From contig CACAWS010000001.1 of NCBI GenBank assembly GCA_902536295.1, positions 142,658-206,657 on the forward strand: 64,000 nucleotides of DNA. The letters are read 5' to 3'. Numbering within the stretch: position 1 is the stretch's first letter; the number at the start of each line of letters is the position of its first letter. Positions 19,608 to 28,269 of the stretch are shown here, piece by piece. Under the pieces are notes generated by a model. The model made no database searches and had not been told where the DNA came from. It worked only from the letters and a program-made list of their open reading frames with translations. A program made the position numbers and the translations under genes. The DNA is from an uncultured SAR86 cluster bacterium (GTDB taxonomy: Bacteria > Pseudomonadota > Gammaproteobacteria > Magnimaribacterales > AG-339-G14).

Positions 19608-20870
19608 TTAGCCTTGAGCAGATTTAGATTTAATATCTTTTACGTTTGCCTGAGCAGCTTGATGTTTACTAAGTTCTATCCTAGCCACAGTCCTTCTATG
19701 AACTTCATCTGGACCATCTGCTAATCTTAGAGTCCTCATTCCTGCATACATTCTTGCTAAAGGAGTGTCTTGCGAAACTCCCCCGCCGCCATGAATTTGT
19801 ATAGCTTTATCAATTACAGATAAAGCCATTTTTGGAACAGCAACCTTAATTTGCGCAATATCCGATTTAGCAATCTTATTACCCAATTTATCCATTCTGT
19901 CAGCAGCTCTGTATGTTAGTAATCTACACATCTCTATTTCCATTCTACAATCAGCGATAACGTCATAGTTGCCACCTAACTCAGCTAGTTGCTTACCGAA
20001 AGCAACTCTTTCAAGAGATCTTTTGCAAAGTAAATCTAGAGCTCTTTCGGCAACTCCAATTGTTCTCATACAATGATGAATTCTTCCAGGGCCAAGCCTT
20101 CCTTGAGCAATTTCAAAACCTCTACCTTCTCCAAGGATCATATTAGATTTCGGAACGCGAACATTCGTAAATTTCATGTGAGCATGCCCGTGTGGCGCAT
20201 CATCATTTCCAAAGACTGTCATCATTCTTAAAATTTCTACTCCTGGAGTATCCATCGGCACTAAAATTTGTGATTGTCTTTGATGTTTAGGATTATCAGG
20301 ATTAGAAACTCCCATAAAAATAATAATTTTACATCTTGGATCACCAGCACCTGAAGTCCACCACTTTTCGCCATTTATTACGTATTCATCGCCATCTTCT
20401 ACTATAGAACTACAAATGTTAGTCGCATCTGAAGAAGCAACATTTGGTTCGGTCATTCCAAAAGCGGATCTAATTTCACCAGCAAGTAAAGGTTCTAACC
20501 ATTCTTTCTTTTGTTCATCAGATCCATATTTATCTAGAACCTCCATGTTTCCGGTATCGGGAGCAGAACAATTAAATACTTCTGAAGCAATCCCTACTGT
20601 TCCCATCAACTCAGATAATGGAGCATATTCCAAGTTTGTTAATCCATAACCATATTCCGACTCAGGAAGGAATAGATTCCAGAGTCCAGCAGCTTTAGCT
20701 TTATCTTTCAATTCATCTAATATGGCTGGCTGCTGCCAAGGGTTTCCTGCAGCACGAAGGGCTTCATGCTGTTCATGATAAATTTTTTCCCCTTCATAAA
20801 GATGGTCATCCATAAATTGTTGGATTTTTCCTAATAATTCTTTTGTTTTATCTGAATGATCAAAATTCAT
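19608..20870 (-). CDS. Acyl-CoA dehydrogenase (ACAD10/11, FadE2-like)
   Basis: [60 protein letters not shown] upstream of ATG 20870. Confidence 0.92.
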   Translation of the reverse strand: MNFDHSDKTKELLGKIQQFMDDHLYEGEKIYHEQHEALRAAGNPWQQPAILDELKDKAKAAGLWNLFLPESEYGYGLTNLEYAPLSELMGTVGIASEVFNCSAPDTGNMEVLDKYGSDEQKKEWLEPLLAGEIRSAFGMTEPNVASSDATNICSSIVEDGDEYVINGEKWWTSGAGDPRCKIIIFMGVSNPDNPKHQRQSQILVPMDTPGVEILRMMTVFGNDDAPHGHAHMKFTNVRVPKSNMILGEGRGFEIAQGRLGPGRIHHCMRTIGVAERALDLLCKRSLERVAFGKQLAELGGNYDVIADCRMEIEMCRLLTYRAADRMDKLGNKIAKSDIAQIKVAVPKMALSVIDKAIQIHGGGGVSQDTPLARMYAGMRTLRLADGPDEVHRRTVARIELSKHQAAQANVKDIKSKSAQG

Positions 20871-20955
20871 AATATATTTCTCCTTTAAAACAATAGAAAT
20901 TTTACACATTTCCTAAAAAATTAGTAATATTTATTCAGTTATATCACCATACTGA

Positions 20956-21759
20956 ATGATTAGTTCAATAGACAGAATTACTGTAGCGGCAAAAGATTTA
21001 TTAAGTGCTAAAAAAACTTTTGATTGTTTTTTCGATACATCTCCAAGTTATGAAGTTATCGAAGAGAACCTTGGATATAGAAGTTTAATTTATAATTTTG
21101 AAAATATTCAATTTGAATTGCTTTCAACTCTGAATACAAAAAGTAACAATGAATTAGAAAATTTCTTTATTAAAAATACTATTGGTGGGTTGTATGGTTT
21201 TTCTCTTGTAGCGGAAAATAAAGAGTTTTTAGATAAAACATTAATATCTCCTCCTATTAATGTAAAAGAAAGTATAAGAAATGAATCTCTGAATTTTATT
21301 TCAGGAAATTTAAATCAATCGGAAAACTTTAAATTATCTTTAAATTATTATGATGCTCCTTTAAGTAGGTCAGAAAATATTTCTGATTTATTTGCTTTAG
21401 ACCACTTAGTAGTCACAACTAATGATGGAGATAAAATAGTAAATCTTTATAAAGAAAAACTTGGAGTAAGATTAGCATTAGACCAGTTGGTAGAGGAATG
21501 GGGAGGAAGAATGCTTTTCTTTAGAACAGGACACTCAACAATAGAAGTTATTGATAATAAAGTTCCTGGTGAAGATGTGTTTTGGGGTCTAGCTTGGAAA
21601 ACAAAAGATATTGAAAGTACATGTGAGAGACTTTCTCAAAATAACATAAACGTAAGTGAGGTAAGAAAAGGGAGAAAAAAAGATACCCTAGTTGCAACAG
21701 TTAAATTTGATGAAATAAAAATCCCTACTCTTCTGGTAGAACATTTGAATAGAGCTTAA
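20956..21759 (+). CDS. Two-domain VOC/glyoxalase-like protein
   Basis: IDRITVA.KDL and LDHLVV.T.D; RMLFFR.G...IEV; VRKGRK..T.VATV. Confidence 0.75.
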   Translation: MISSIDRITVAAKDLLSAKKTFDCFFDTSPSYEVIEENLGYRSLIYNFENIQFELLSTLNTKSNNELENFFIKNTIGGLYGFSLVAENKEFLDKTLISPPINVKESIRNESLNFISGNLNQSENFKLSLNYYDAPLSRSENISDLFALDHLVVTTNDGDKIVNLYKEKLGVRLALDQLVEEWGGRMLFFRTGHSTIEVIDNKVPGEDVFWGLAWKTKDIESTCERLSQNNINVSEVRKGRKKDTLVATVKFDEIKIPTLLVEHLNRA

Positions 21760-21763
21760 ATTA

Positions 21764-21848
21764 TGGTGCGGATAGAGGGAGTCGAACCCCCACACCTTTC
21801 GGCACTGGTACCTAAAACCAGCGTGTCTACCAATTCCACCATATCCGC
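21764..21848 (-). tRNA. tRNA-Leu(TAG)
   Basis: Reverse complement GCGGATATGGTGGAATTGGTAGACACG-CTGGT-TTTAGGT-ACCAG, long variable arm, GGTTCGACTCC, ends ACCA. Confidence 0.96.
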
Positions 21849-21877
21849 TTAAGCAGGCTTAAATTAATCTAATTTGG

Positions 21878-22504
21878 TTATGGATTCAAGTTAGATTCAT
21901 TTAGCCGTTCATCGATAGCTAATAGCCTTTGATTGATCTGAAGCCTATAGGCATCAATCGCATCGATAGCCTCAGCTAAATCATCAAATTTTTTTTCATA
22001 CGAACTAGAATTAAGTTCTAGTGCAGACAACTTTGCTATGCGGCCTTCTAGGTCAAACATAGACTTATTTAAACTTTCTAGGCTAGCATTAATTTGCAAA
22101 TAATCTTCCGCAGCTGAATTTGTCGCTTCAGTTATTTCATTTACTTTATTTTCAAGTAAAGAAATATTTTTTTTATTTTTTTTATTGCTTAAGTCCCATA
22201 ATTTTCTTACTTCAGAATTTAAAAGTTTAATGTCTTGCAAAATAGAGCCCACCTTTTCATCGGCATTGTTAGATTGAGTTTGAAAAGATTCCTCAACAGA
22301 AATCAATCTCGAATTCATTGAATTTAAATTATCTTGTTGCTGATTAAGCCCACTGTAAAACCAGTAAAAAAAGAATAAAAAAAGACCCAGTAATATAATT
22401 GGAATGACCAGAGATCTAGGCGGAACTTGTGAAGAAACGAGAAATTTTCTCGTTGTTAATCCTCTATCTGACAACTTATTTGCTTTTAATTTGTCCTGAT
22501 TCAT
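21878..22504 (-). CDS. Hypothetical single-TM coiled-coil protein
   Basis: One TM segment followed by heptad-rich helices (SEVRKLWDLSNKKN). Confidence 0.7.
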   Translation of the reverse strand: MNQDKLKANKLSDRGLTTRKFLVSSQVPPRSLVIPIILLGLFLFFFYWFYSGLNQQQDNLNSMNSRLISVEESFQTQSNNADEKVGSILQDIKLLNSEVRKLWDLSNKKNKKNISLLENKVNEITEATNSAAEDYLQINASLESLNKSMFDLEGRIAKLSALELNSSSYEKKFDDLAEAIDAIDAYRLQINQRLLAIDERLNESNLNP

Positions 22505-22549
22505 TGTAGATTTATATTTTATAGAAATAACATTTTAAAGGGAGAAAAA

Positions 22550-23659
22550 ATGAATTTTGAGTTTTCAGACGAACAAATGGCTATGAAGGATGAGGTTCGT
22601 AAACTTCTTGATAAAGAAAATTCTTTAAAAAGGAATAGAACAATCCTTGAAGGAGAAGATAAATTTGATAAAGAGTTATGGGATTCTTTGGTAGCTATGG
22701 GACTTACCGCTGTCACTATTCCAGAAGAATTTGGAGGTATTGGCATGGGTTATCTAGAACTATGTGTTGTTGCCGAAGAACTTGGAAGAGCTATTGCCCC
22801 GGTTCCCTATTCTTCAAGTGTCTATTTAGCCACAACAGCTATATTAAATTGTGCAAACGAAGATCTAAAAAAAGAATATTTACCCAAGTTAGCTTCTGGT
22901 GAAATCATAGGAACTTTCGCTCATGCTGAATCTTCAGGTTTTCCTATAGAAAAAAGTATTAATTGTAGTTTTGGGTCTGGAAAGATTAATGGAACCAAAG
23001 CAGCTGTTCCAGATGCAGATGTTGCAGATTTTGCTATTGTTTCAGCAAAAAACGATTCAGGTATAGGTCTTTATTTAGTTAATTTAAAAGATGAATCTAT
23101 AAACATATCTTCGCTAGATACTTTTGATCCATCCAGATCTCATGCAAATATAGAAATTAATAACGCCGAAGCCAAAGAATTGATTGCAGATGGGTGGTTG
23201 GAAATTGAAAAAATTCTTGACCAATCTGCAGTCTTATTTTCTTTCGAGCAAATTGGAGGAGCTGAAGCTGCAATGAACATGGCTAAAGATTATGCTCAAG
23301 GAAGATATGCCTTTGGAAGATCAATTGCATCGTTTCAGGCAATCAAGCATAAAATTGCTGACATGTATATTTCGTTGCAACTTGCAAGGTCCAATTGTTA
23401 TTTTGGAGCATGGGCTCTTTCAAATGAAGCGGCAGAGTTGCCCACCGCTGCTGCCACCGCAAGAGTTAGTGCAACTAAAGCGTTTTACGAATGTTCTAAA
23501 GAGAATATTCAAACTCACGGGGGAATGGGTGCAACTTGGGAATTTGATTGTCATTTGTTTTATAGAAGATCTAGGTTACTAGCAAGTAACATTGGTAGCC
23601 AGGGTGTGTGGAAAGAAAAGCTTATTTCTTCGATAGAAAAAAGTAATTTACAGATATAA
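22550..23659 (+). CDS. Acyl-CoA dehydrogenase family (short partner subunit)
   Basis: IPEEFGG.G, EELGRA, R.AFGR.I.SFQAIKHK, IQTHGGMG.TWE. SD GGGAG. Confidence 0.9.
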   Translation: MNFEFSDEQMAMKDEVRKLLDKENSLKRNRTILEGEDKFDKELWDSLVAMGLTAVTIPEEFGGIGMGYLELCVVAEELGRAIAPVPYSSSVYLATTAILNCANEDLKKEYLPKLASGEIIGTFAHAESSGFPIEKSINCSFGSGKINGTKAAVPDADVADFAIVSAKNDSGIGLYLVNLKDESINISSLDTFDPSRSHANIEINNAEAKELIADGWLEIEKILDQSAVLFSFEQIGGAEAAMNMAKDYAQGRYAFGRSIASFQAIKHKIADMYISLQLARSNCYFGAWALSNEAAELPTAAATARVSATKAFYECSKENIQTHGGMGATWEFDCHLFYRRSRLLASNIGSQGVWKEKLISSIEKSNLQI

Positions 23660-23724
23660 TGTTCAGTTATAGTGCTAGTAATTGTTATTAAAAATTGGTT
23701 TACTTATAAAAAAAAGAGGTAATT

Positions 23725-24981
23725 ATGGACTTTAACGATACTCCAGAAGAAGCAAAATTCAGAAAAGAGGCATCTGAATGGCTCAAAGCAAATTTTGAAA
23801 AATTCGAAAACGAAAAATCGTCGAATGATAAAAGTGCTAAATCTTCGGCAGAGCCTTCTAAGAACTCTCAAGATGAGAATAAAGCTTTAGAACTTGCAAA
23901 AAAATGGCAAACCATAAAGTATGATGCTGGCTGGGCTTGTTTGCATTGGCCTAAGGACTACGGTGGTAGAGATGCTACTCCAATAGAGAGAGTTATTTGG
24001 GCGCAAGAGGAATCAAAATATGCTATCCCTGGAGGTTTTTTTGAAATTGGTCAAGGAATGGCTGGTCCAGTGATGATGATGTATGCAACAGAAGAACAAA
24101 AAAAAGAACATCTTCCACCTATGGCTAAAGGAGAAAAAATATGGTGTCAGTTATTTAGTGAACCTGGAGCAGGATCGGATTTAGCTGGAATAAAAACTAA
24201 AGCTGAATTAGATGGAGATACCTGGACAATAAACGGACAAAAAGTTTGGACCTCAGGTGCTCATTATTCTGATTGGGGAATTTTAGTCACTCGAAGTGAT
24301 TTCAATGCACCAAAGCATAAAGGTTTAACTTATTTTTTCTTGGATATGAAATCGCCAGGAATAGAAATTCGTCCGATAAAACAAATCAATGGTGGTGCAA
24401 ATTTCAATGAAGTCTATTTCACTGACGTTAAAATTCCTGACTCACAAAGGTTGGGTGATGTAGGTGATGGTTGGAGAGTTGCACTTACTACTTTAATGAA
24501 CGAACGTTTAGCTGTTGGTGACGCTTCTGGTGTCGACTTCAAGGAGATATTTGAGCTTGCAAAAGAAAATGACTTTTATGGTGAACCTGCGGTTAAAAAT
24601 TCAGCGGTTAGAGAAAAGCTTGCTGATTGGTATTGTGAGTATTCGGGTTTGAAAAATACAAAAATGAGAAGAATTTCTGCTCTATCCAAAGGTGATACGC
24701 CTGGACCAGAAGCTTCTATTACAAAAATTGTCAGTGCCAATAAACTTCAAGACATTGCTAATTTTGGTATGGATATTCTTGATCAAGCTGGAATAAATAG
24801 TGAGGGGAACCTTAAATATCATGGAAGCTTGTTAGGAGCTCCTTTAATTAGAATTGCTGGAGGAACAGACGAAATTCTAAGAAACATTATTGCTGAACAA
24901 GTTTTGGGTATGCCTCAAGATGTCAGACTTGATAAAGATGTTCCTTTTAATGAAATTCCTACTGGTGATAAGTCTAATTAA
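23725..24981 (+). CDS. Acyl-CoA dehydrogenase family
   Basis: WCQLFSEPGAGSDLA, NGQKVWTS, FNEVYF, IAGGTDEILRN. Confidence 0.92.
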   Translation: MDFNDTPEEAKFRKEASEWLKANFEKFENEKSSNDKSAKSSAEPSKNSQDENKALELAKKWQTIKYDAGWACLHWPKDYGGRDATPIERVIWAQEESKYAIPGGFFEIGQGMAGPVMMMYATEEQKKEHLPPMAKGEKIWCQLFSEPGAGSDLAGIKTKAELDGDTWTINGQKVWTSGAHYSDWGILVTRSDFNAPKHKGLTYFFLDMKSPGIEIRPIKQINGGANFNEVYFTDVKIPDSQRLGDVGDGWRVALTTLMNERLAVGDASGVDFKEIFELAKENDFYGEPAVKNSAVREKLADWYCEYSGLKNTKMRRISALSKGDTPGPEASITKIVSANKLQDIANFGMDILDQAGINSEGNLKYHGSLLGAPLIRIAGGTDEILRNIIAEQVLGMPQDVRLDKDVPFNEIPTGDKSN

Positions 24982-25579
24982 ATAGGAAGTAAAAAGGATT
25001 TTTAAGATCATCTTTACATTCTTTAAATTGCCTACGGTAATTATTAGCGGATCTTTGAACCTTGTCAGCTACACCTAAGAGCCATGGCTTTGATCTGTAG
25101 CTACCCTTTCTAAATCCTTCAGGGCCTTCATGGTAGGCTAAGTAAAGAGATCTTGCATTTTTATTTGAAATTCCTAAATTCTTACTATTTCTGTTGTTAT
25201 ACCAACCTATAAAATCAACGGAATCTGAAAAATTAGTTCTTGAGGCAAACGTTCTTCCGGCTTCTTTTTTGTATAATTCCCAAGTTCCATCAATAACTTG
25301 CGCATAGCCATAAGCACTACTTTGTCTTTTCCAAGGTATAAGGCCAAAAAAAATTCTTTCCCTATCAGGTTTTGCACCTTGTTGAAAACTTGATTCTTGT
25401 TTAATGAAAGCCAAAGTTATTGAAGGCTCTATATCCCATCTTTGATAAGTTCTTATTGACGCTTTATACCAACTTCTTTTTTCATCAAAGATTTCGCAAA
25501 TATCATTAGGACTTTTTGGGGGAGAATTTGCACAAGAACTCAATAGTAAGATTAATACAGTCAAATTTACTAACTTCAT
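24974..25579 (-). CDS. Lytic transglycosylase-like lipoprotein (SLT domain)
   Basis: Lipobox LSSC, QESSF, SSAYGYAQ..DGTW..Y, LYLAYHEG. Confidence 0.85.
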   Translation of the reverse strand: MKLVNLTVLILLLSSCANSPPKSPNDICEIFDEKRSWYKASIRTYQRWDIEPSITLAFIKQESSFQQGAKPDRERIFFGLIPWKRQSSAYGYAQVIDGTWELYKKEAGRTFASRTNFSDSVDFIGWYNNRNSKNLGISNKNARSLYLAYHEGPEGFRKGSYRSKPWLLGVADKVQRSANNYRRQFKECKDDLKNPFYFLFN

Positions 25580-27609
25580 GAATTTGAGATAAATTTTTCT
25601 AAATTAGAATCAGTAACAATTTTAACATCATACTCTTTTGCCTTTTGAAGTTTTGATCCTGAATCTTCTCCAGCAATTAAGAAATCTGTTTTCTTAGAAA
25701 CACTATTTGAAATTTTTGCCCCTAAACCTTCTAATTTAAATTTTAATGTTTCTCTTGAATAACCCGATAATCTGCCAGTTATAACAATCGTTTTATCAGT
25801 TAAATGACTTGTCTTTACAGAAACTGGAGGCTTAAGATCAAGGCCTAACTTTACTAATTCTTGAATAAGACTCAAATTTTTTTCGTTGGAAAAAAACTTT
25901 TCTAAATTACTAGCAGCTACTTCACCAACATCGTTGACTGAAATAAAATCATCGTAAGATGCTTTGGATAATTTATCTAAAGAGGTAAAAAAATTAGATA
26001 AATTTTTAGAAGTTTCTAAACCTATTTCTTTAATGCCAAGGGCGTAGATAAATCTGTAGAGATCGGTTTTCAAACTTGACTTAATAGATTCCAAAAGCTT
26101 CTTAGTTGATTTATCAGCAAAACCTTCTAAAGATAAAATATTTTCTGATGTAATTTTGAAAAGATCTGGTAAAGATTTAATAAATTCTTTTTCAATAAAT
26201 AAGTCAATTGTCCTTTGTCCTAGACCATCAATATCCATCGCATTTCTTGAAACAAAATGTTTTAAGGTTTCTTTAAATTGAGAGAACCCAAAACAATTTT
26301 TATTGGTAGTTGATAATAAACTTGTATCCAATAATGGAGTGTTAAGCTCAAAAAAAGAAACTGGATTACTGCAAGTTGGACAAGAGCTAGGCATCATTAT
26401 TTTTTTTCTATTTGGCTTCCTTTTTTTTAAAATAACTTCAGTTACCTTTGGAATTACATCTCCAGCCCTTATTATTTTTACATAATCTCCTACTCGTACA
26501 TCTAGTCTTTTTACCTCATCCATATTATGAAGCGTAGCATTAGAGATTGTTACTCCCCCCAGTTTTACAGGTTTTAAGTTTGCTACAGGAGTCAAAACTC
26601 CCGTTCTACCCATCTGGAAGGAAATTGAAAGAATCTCAGTCTCCCCTTGTTCTGCTAAAAATTTCTTAGCAATAGCCCATCTTGGTGATCTAGAAGAATT
26701 ACCCAATCTTTCTTGAAGTGATTTATCATTAATTTTTACAACTATTCCATCTATTTCATAATTTAATTTTTCTCTTTTAGCTGTCATTTTAAGTATTTGT
26801 CTATTTACTTTGTCGAGATTTTCGCAAAAGTAAATTTCATCAGAAACTGGAAGCCCCCAATCTTTGAACTTGCTAATCATTTCTTTTTGAGTGTTAAAGA
26901 AATTCCCCTTGGAAATAAAACCTACACTATGACAGAAAACTTTTAATGGTCTTTCTAATGCAATTTTCGAATCCAACTGTCTTATACTTCCTGCTACAAA
27001 ATTTCTAGGATTAGCAAAAACCTTTTGACCTCTTTTTTCAAAGTTTTGATTTATTTTTTTAAAATCATTTAATTCAACAAATATTTCTCCCCTAATTTCT
27101 ATTTCGTCAGGAAAATTATTTTTTAAAGATTTAGGAATTTCCGAAATCGTTTTAATGTTATGCGTGACTTCTTCACCAACTACCCCGTCACCTCTTGTAC
27201 CCGCTTTTGTCAAAATACCTTTTTTATAAAATAGACTTATTGCTACTCCATCAATTTTCGGCTCCACTAAATATGAAAAATTTACTTTTTCTTTGATCTT
27301 ATTTTGATTTCTCTTTTCAAAATCACTTAAGTCTTCCTCACTAAATGCGTTGTCTAGGGATAGCATTGGTATTAAGTGCTCAAAAGATGATAATTCGGAT
27401 AGTTTTATTGCTCCAACAAAGTTCGAAGGCGAATCAGAAATATCTAAAAAGTTATATTTTTTTTCAAGCTCCTTTAATTGTTTAAAAAGTTGATCAAATT
27501 CTTGATCTGATATTTCAGGATTATCTTCAGAGTGATATTTATTATTATGAAATCTTATTGTCTCTTTAAGATAAATGTGTTCTTTCTGGATATCTTCTTT
27601 CGATACCAT
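25576..27609 (-). CDS. ligA: NAD-dependent DNA ligase
   Basis: PMLSLDN, EPKIDG, TRGDG, ANPRN, IIRAGDVIP, HhH repeats, BRCT (SVSKKTD.L.AG...GSKL.KA). Confidence 0.96.
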   Translation of the reverse strand: MVSKEDIQKEHIYLKETIRFHNNKYHSEDNPEISDQEFDQLFKQLKELEKKYNFLDISDSPSNFVGAIKLSELSSFEHLIPMLSLDNAFSEEDLSDFEKRNQNKIKEKVNFSYLVEPKIDGVAISLFYKKGILTKAGTRGDGVVGEEVTHNIKTISEIPKSLKNNFPDEIEIRGEIFVELNDFKKINQNFEKRGQKVFANPRNFVAGSIRQLDSKIALERPLKVFCHSVGFISKGNFFNTQKEMISKFKDWGLPVSDEIYFCENLDKVNRQILKMTAKREKLNYEIDGIVVKINDKSLQERLGNSSRSPRWAIAKKFLAEQGETEILSISFQMGRTGVLTPVANLKPVKLGGVTISNATLHNMDEVKRLDVRVGDYVKIIRAGDVIPKVTEVILKKRKPNRKKIMMPSSCPTCSNPVSFFELNTPLLDTSLLSTTNKNCFGFSQFKETLKHFVSRNAMDIDGLGQRTIDLFIEKEFIKSLPDLFKITSENILSLEGFADKSTKKLLESIKSSLKTDLYRFIYALGIKEIGLETSKNLSNFFTSLDKLSKASYDDFISVNDVGEVAASNLEKFFSNEKNLSLIQELVKLGLDLKPPVSVKTSHLTDKTIVITGRLSGYSRETLKFKLEGLGAKISNSVSKKTDFLIAGEDSGSKLQKAKEYDVKIVTDSNLEKFISNS

Positions 27610-27612
27610 ATA

Positions 27613-28269
27613 CTAAGCAATATTATTTAAATCAAACTCTTCGGCAATCTGAGAGTAATGTTCAACCATTTGCTGAGTGAGAATATTTCTATCGGCGTCT
27701 AATATTTGAGTGGAATAGTTTTTAGCTGTTATTTCAGAAAATCTAATTAATTCTGTCAATGCATTGACGGAATTACTCTTAGGTTTCATTGAATAAATTA
27801 AAGTCATTACAGAAGTAGATAAAATATTTTCATCCTCCGAAAATTTACCGGGGTTTAATCCATTAACAAACATAAAATTATTTCCATCTTCTAAAATTAT
27901 CCTGAACCAACCACCTTCATCAATGAAGCTGAATTCAGAACTTTCAAGAAAATTAATTAAATTTTGGTATTCAAAGACTTGTTCTTCAGCTTCTAAATGA
28001 ATGGTAATAAGGTCTGAATTTTCTTCTGCACGGAAAACAGAATCATACTCAGCCTCTCCCTCAAACGTTTCTAAATCATCAATTTCAGATGGTTCGCTAA
28101 TAACTTCTTCGTCGGTTTTTAGTGTTGGTTCAAATAATTCTCTCGAATTTACTTTCTTATTTATTTCTATTGCTGATTTTTTCCCAAAAAAAATTCTTTT
28201 AAATATCAAAATTAATGTTACTGATATTGCTAAACCTAAAAGAATTATTATTATTTCATTAATGCTCAT
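27613..28269 (-). CDS. zipA: Cell division protein ZipA-like (short)
   Basis: N-terminal TM anchor, acidic linker, N...PG.F and LD.DR..LT.Q..EHY of the ZipA C-terminal domain; smc-zipA-ligA synteny. Confidence 0.7.
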   Translation of the reverse strand: MSINEIIIILLGLAISVTLILIFKRIFFGKKSAIEINKKVNSRELFEPTLKTDEEVISEPSEIDDLETFEGEAEYDSVFRAEENSDLITIHLEAEEQVFEYQNLINFLESSEFSFIDEGGWFRIILEDGNNFMFVNGLNPGKFSEDENILSTSVMTLIYSMKPKSNSVNALTELIRFSEITAKNYSTQILDADRNILTQQMVEHYSQIAEEFDLNNIA

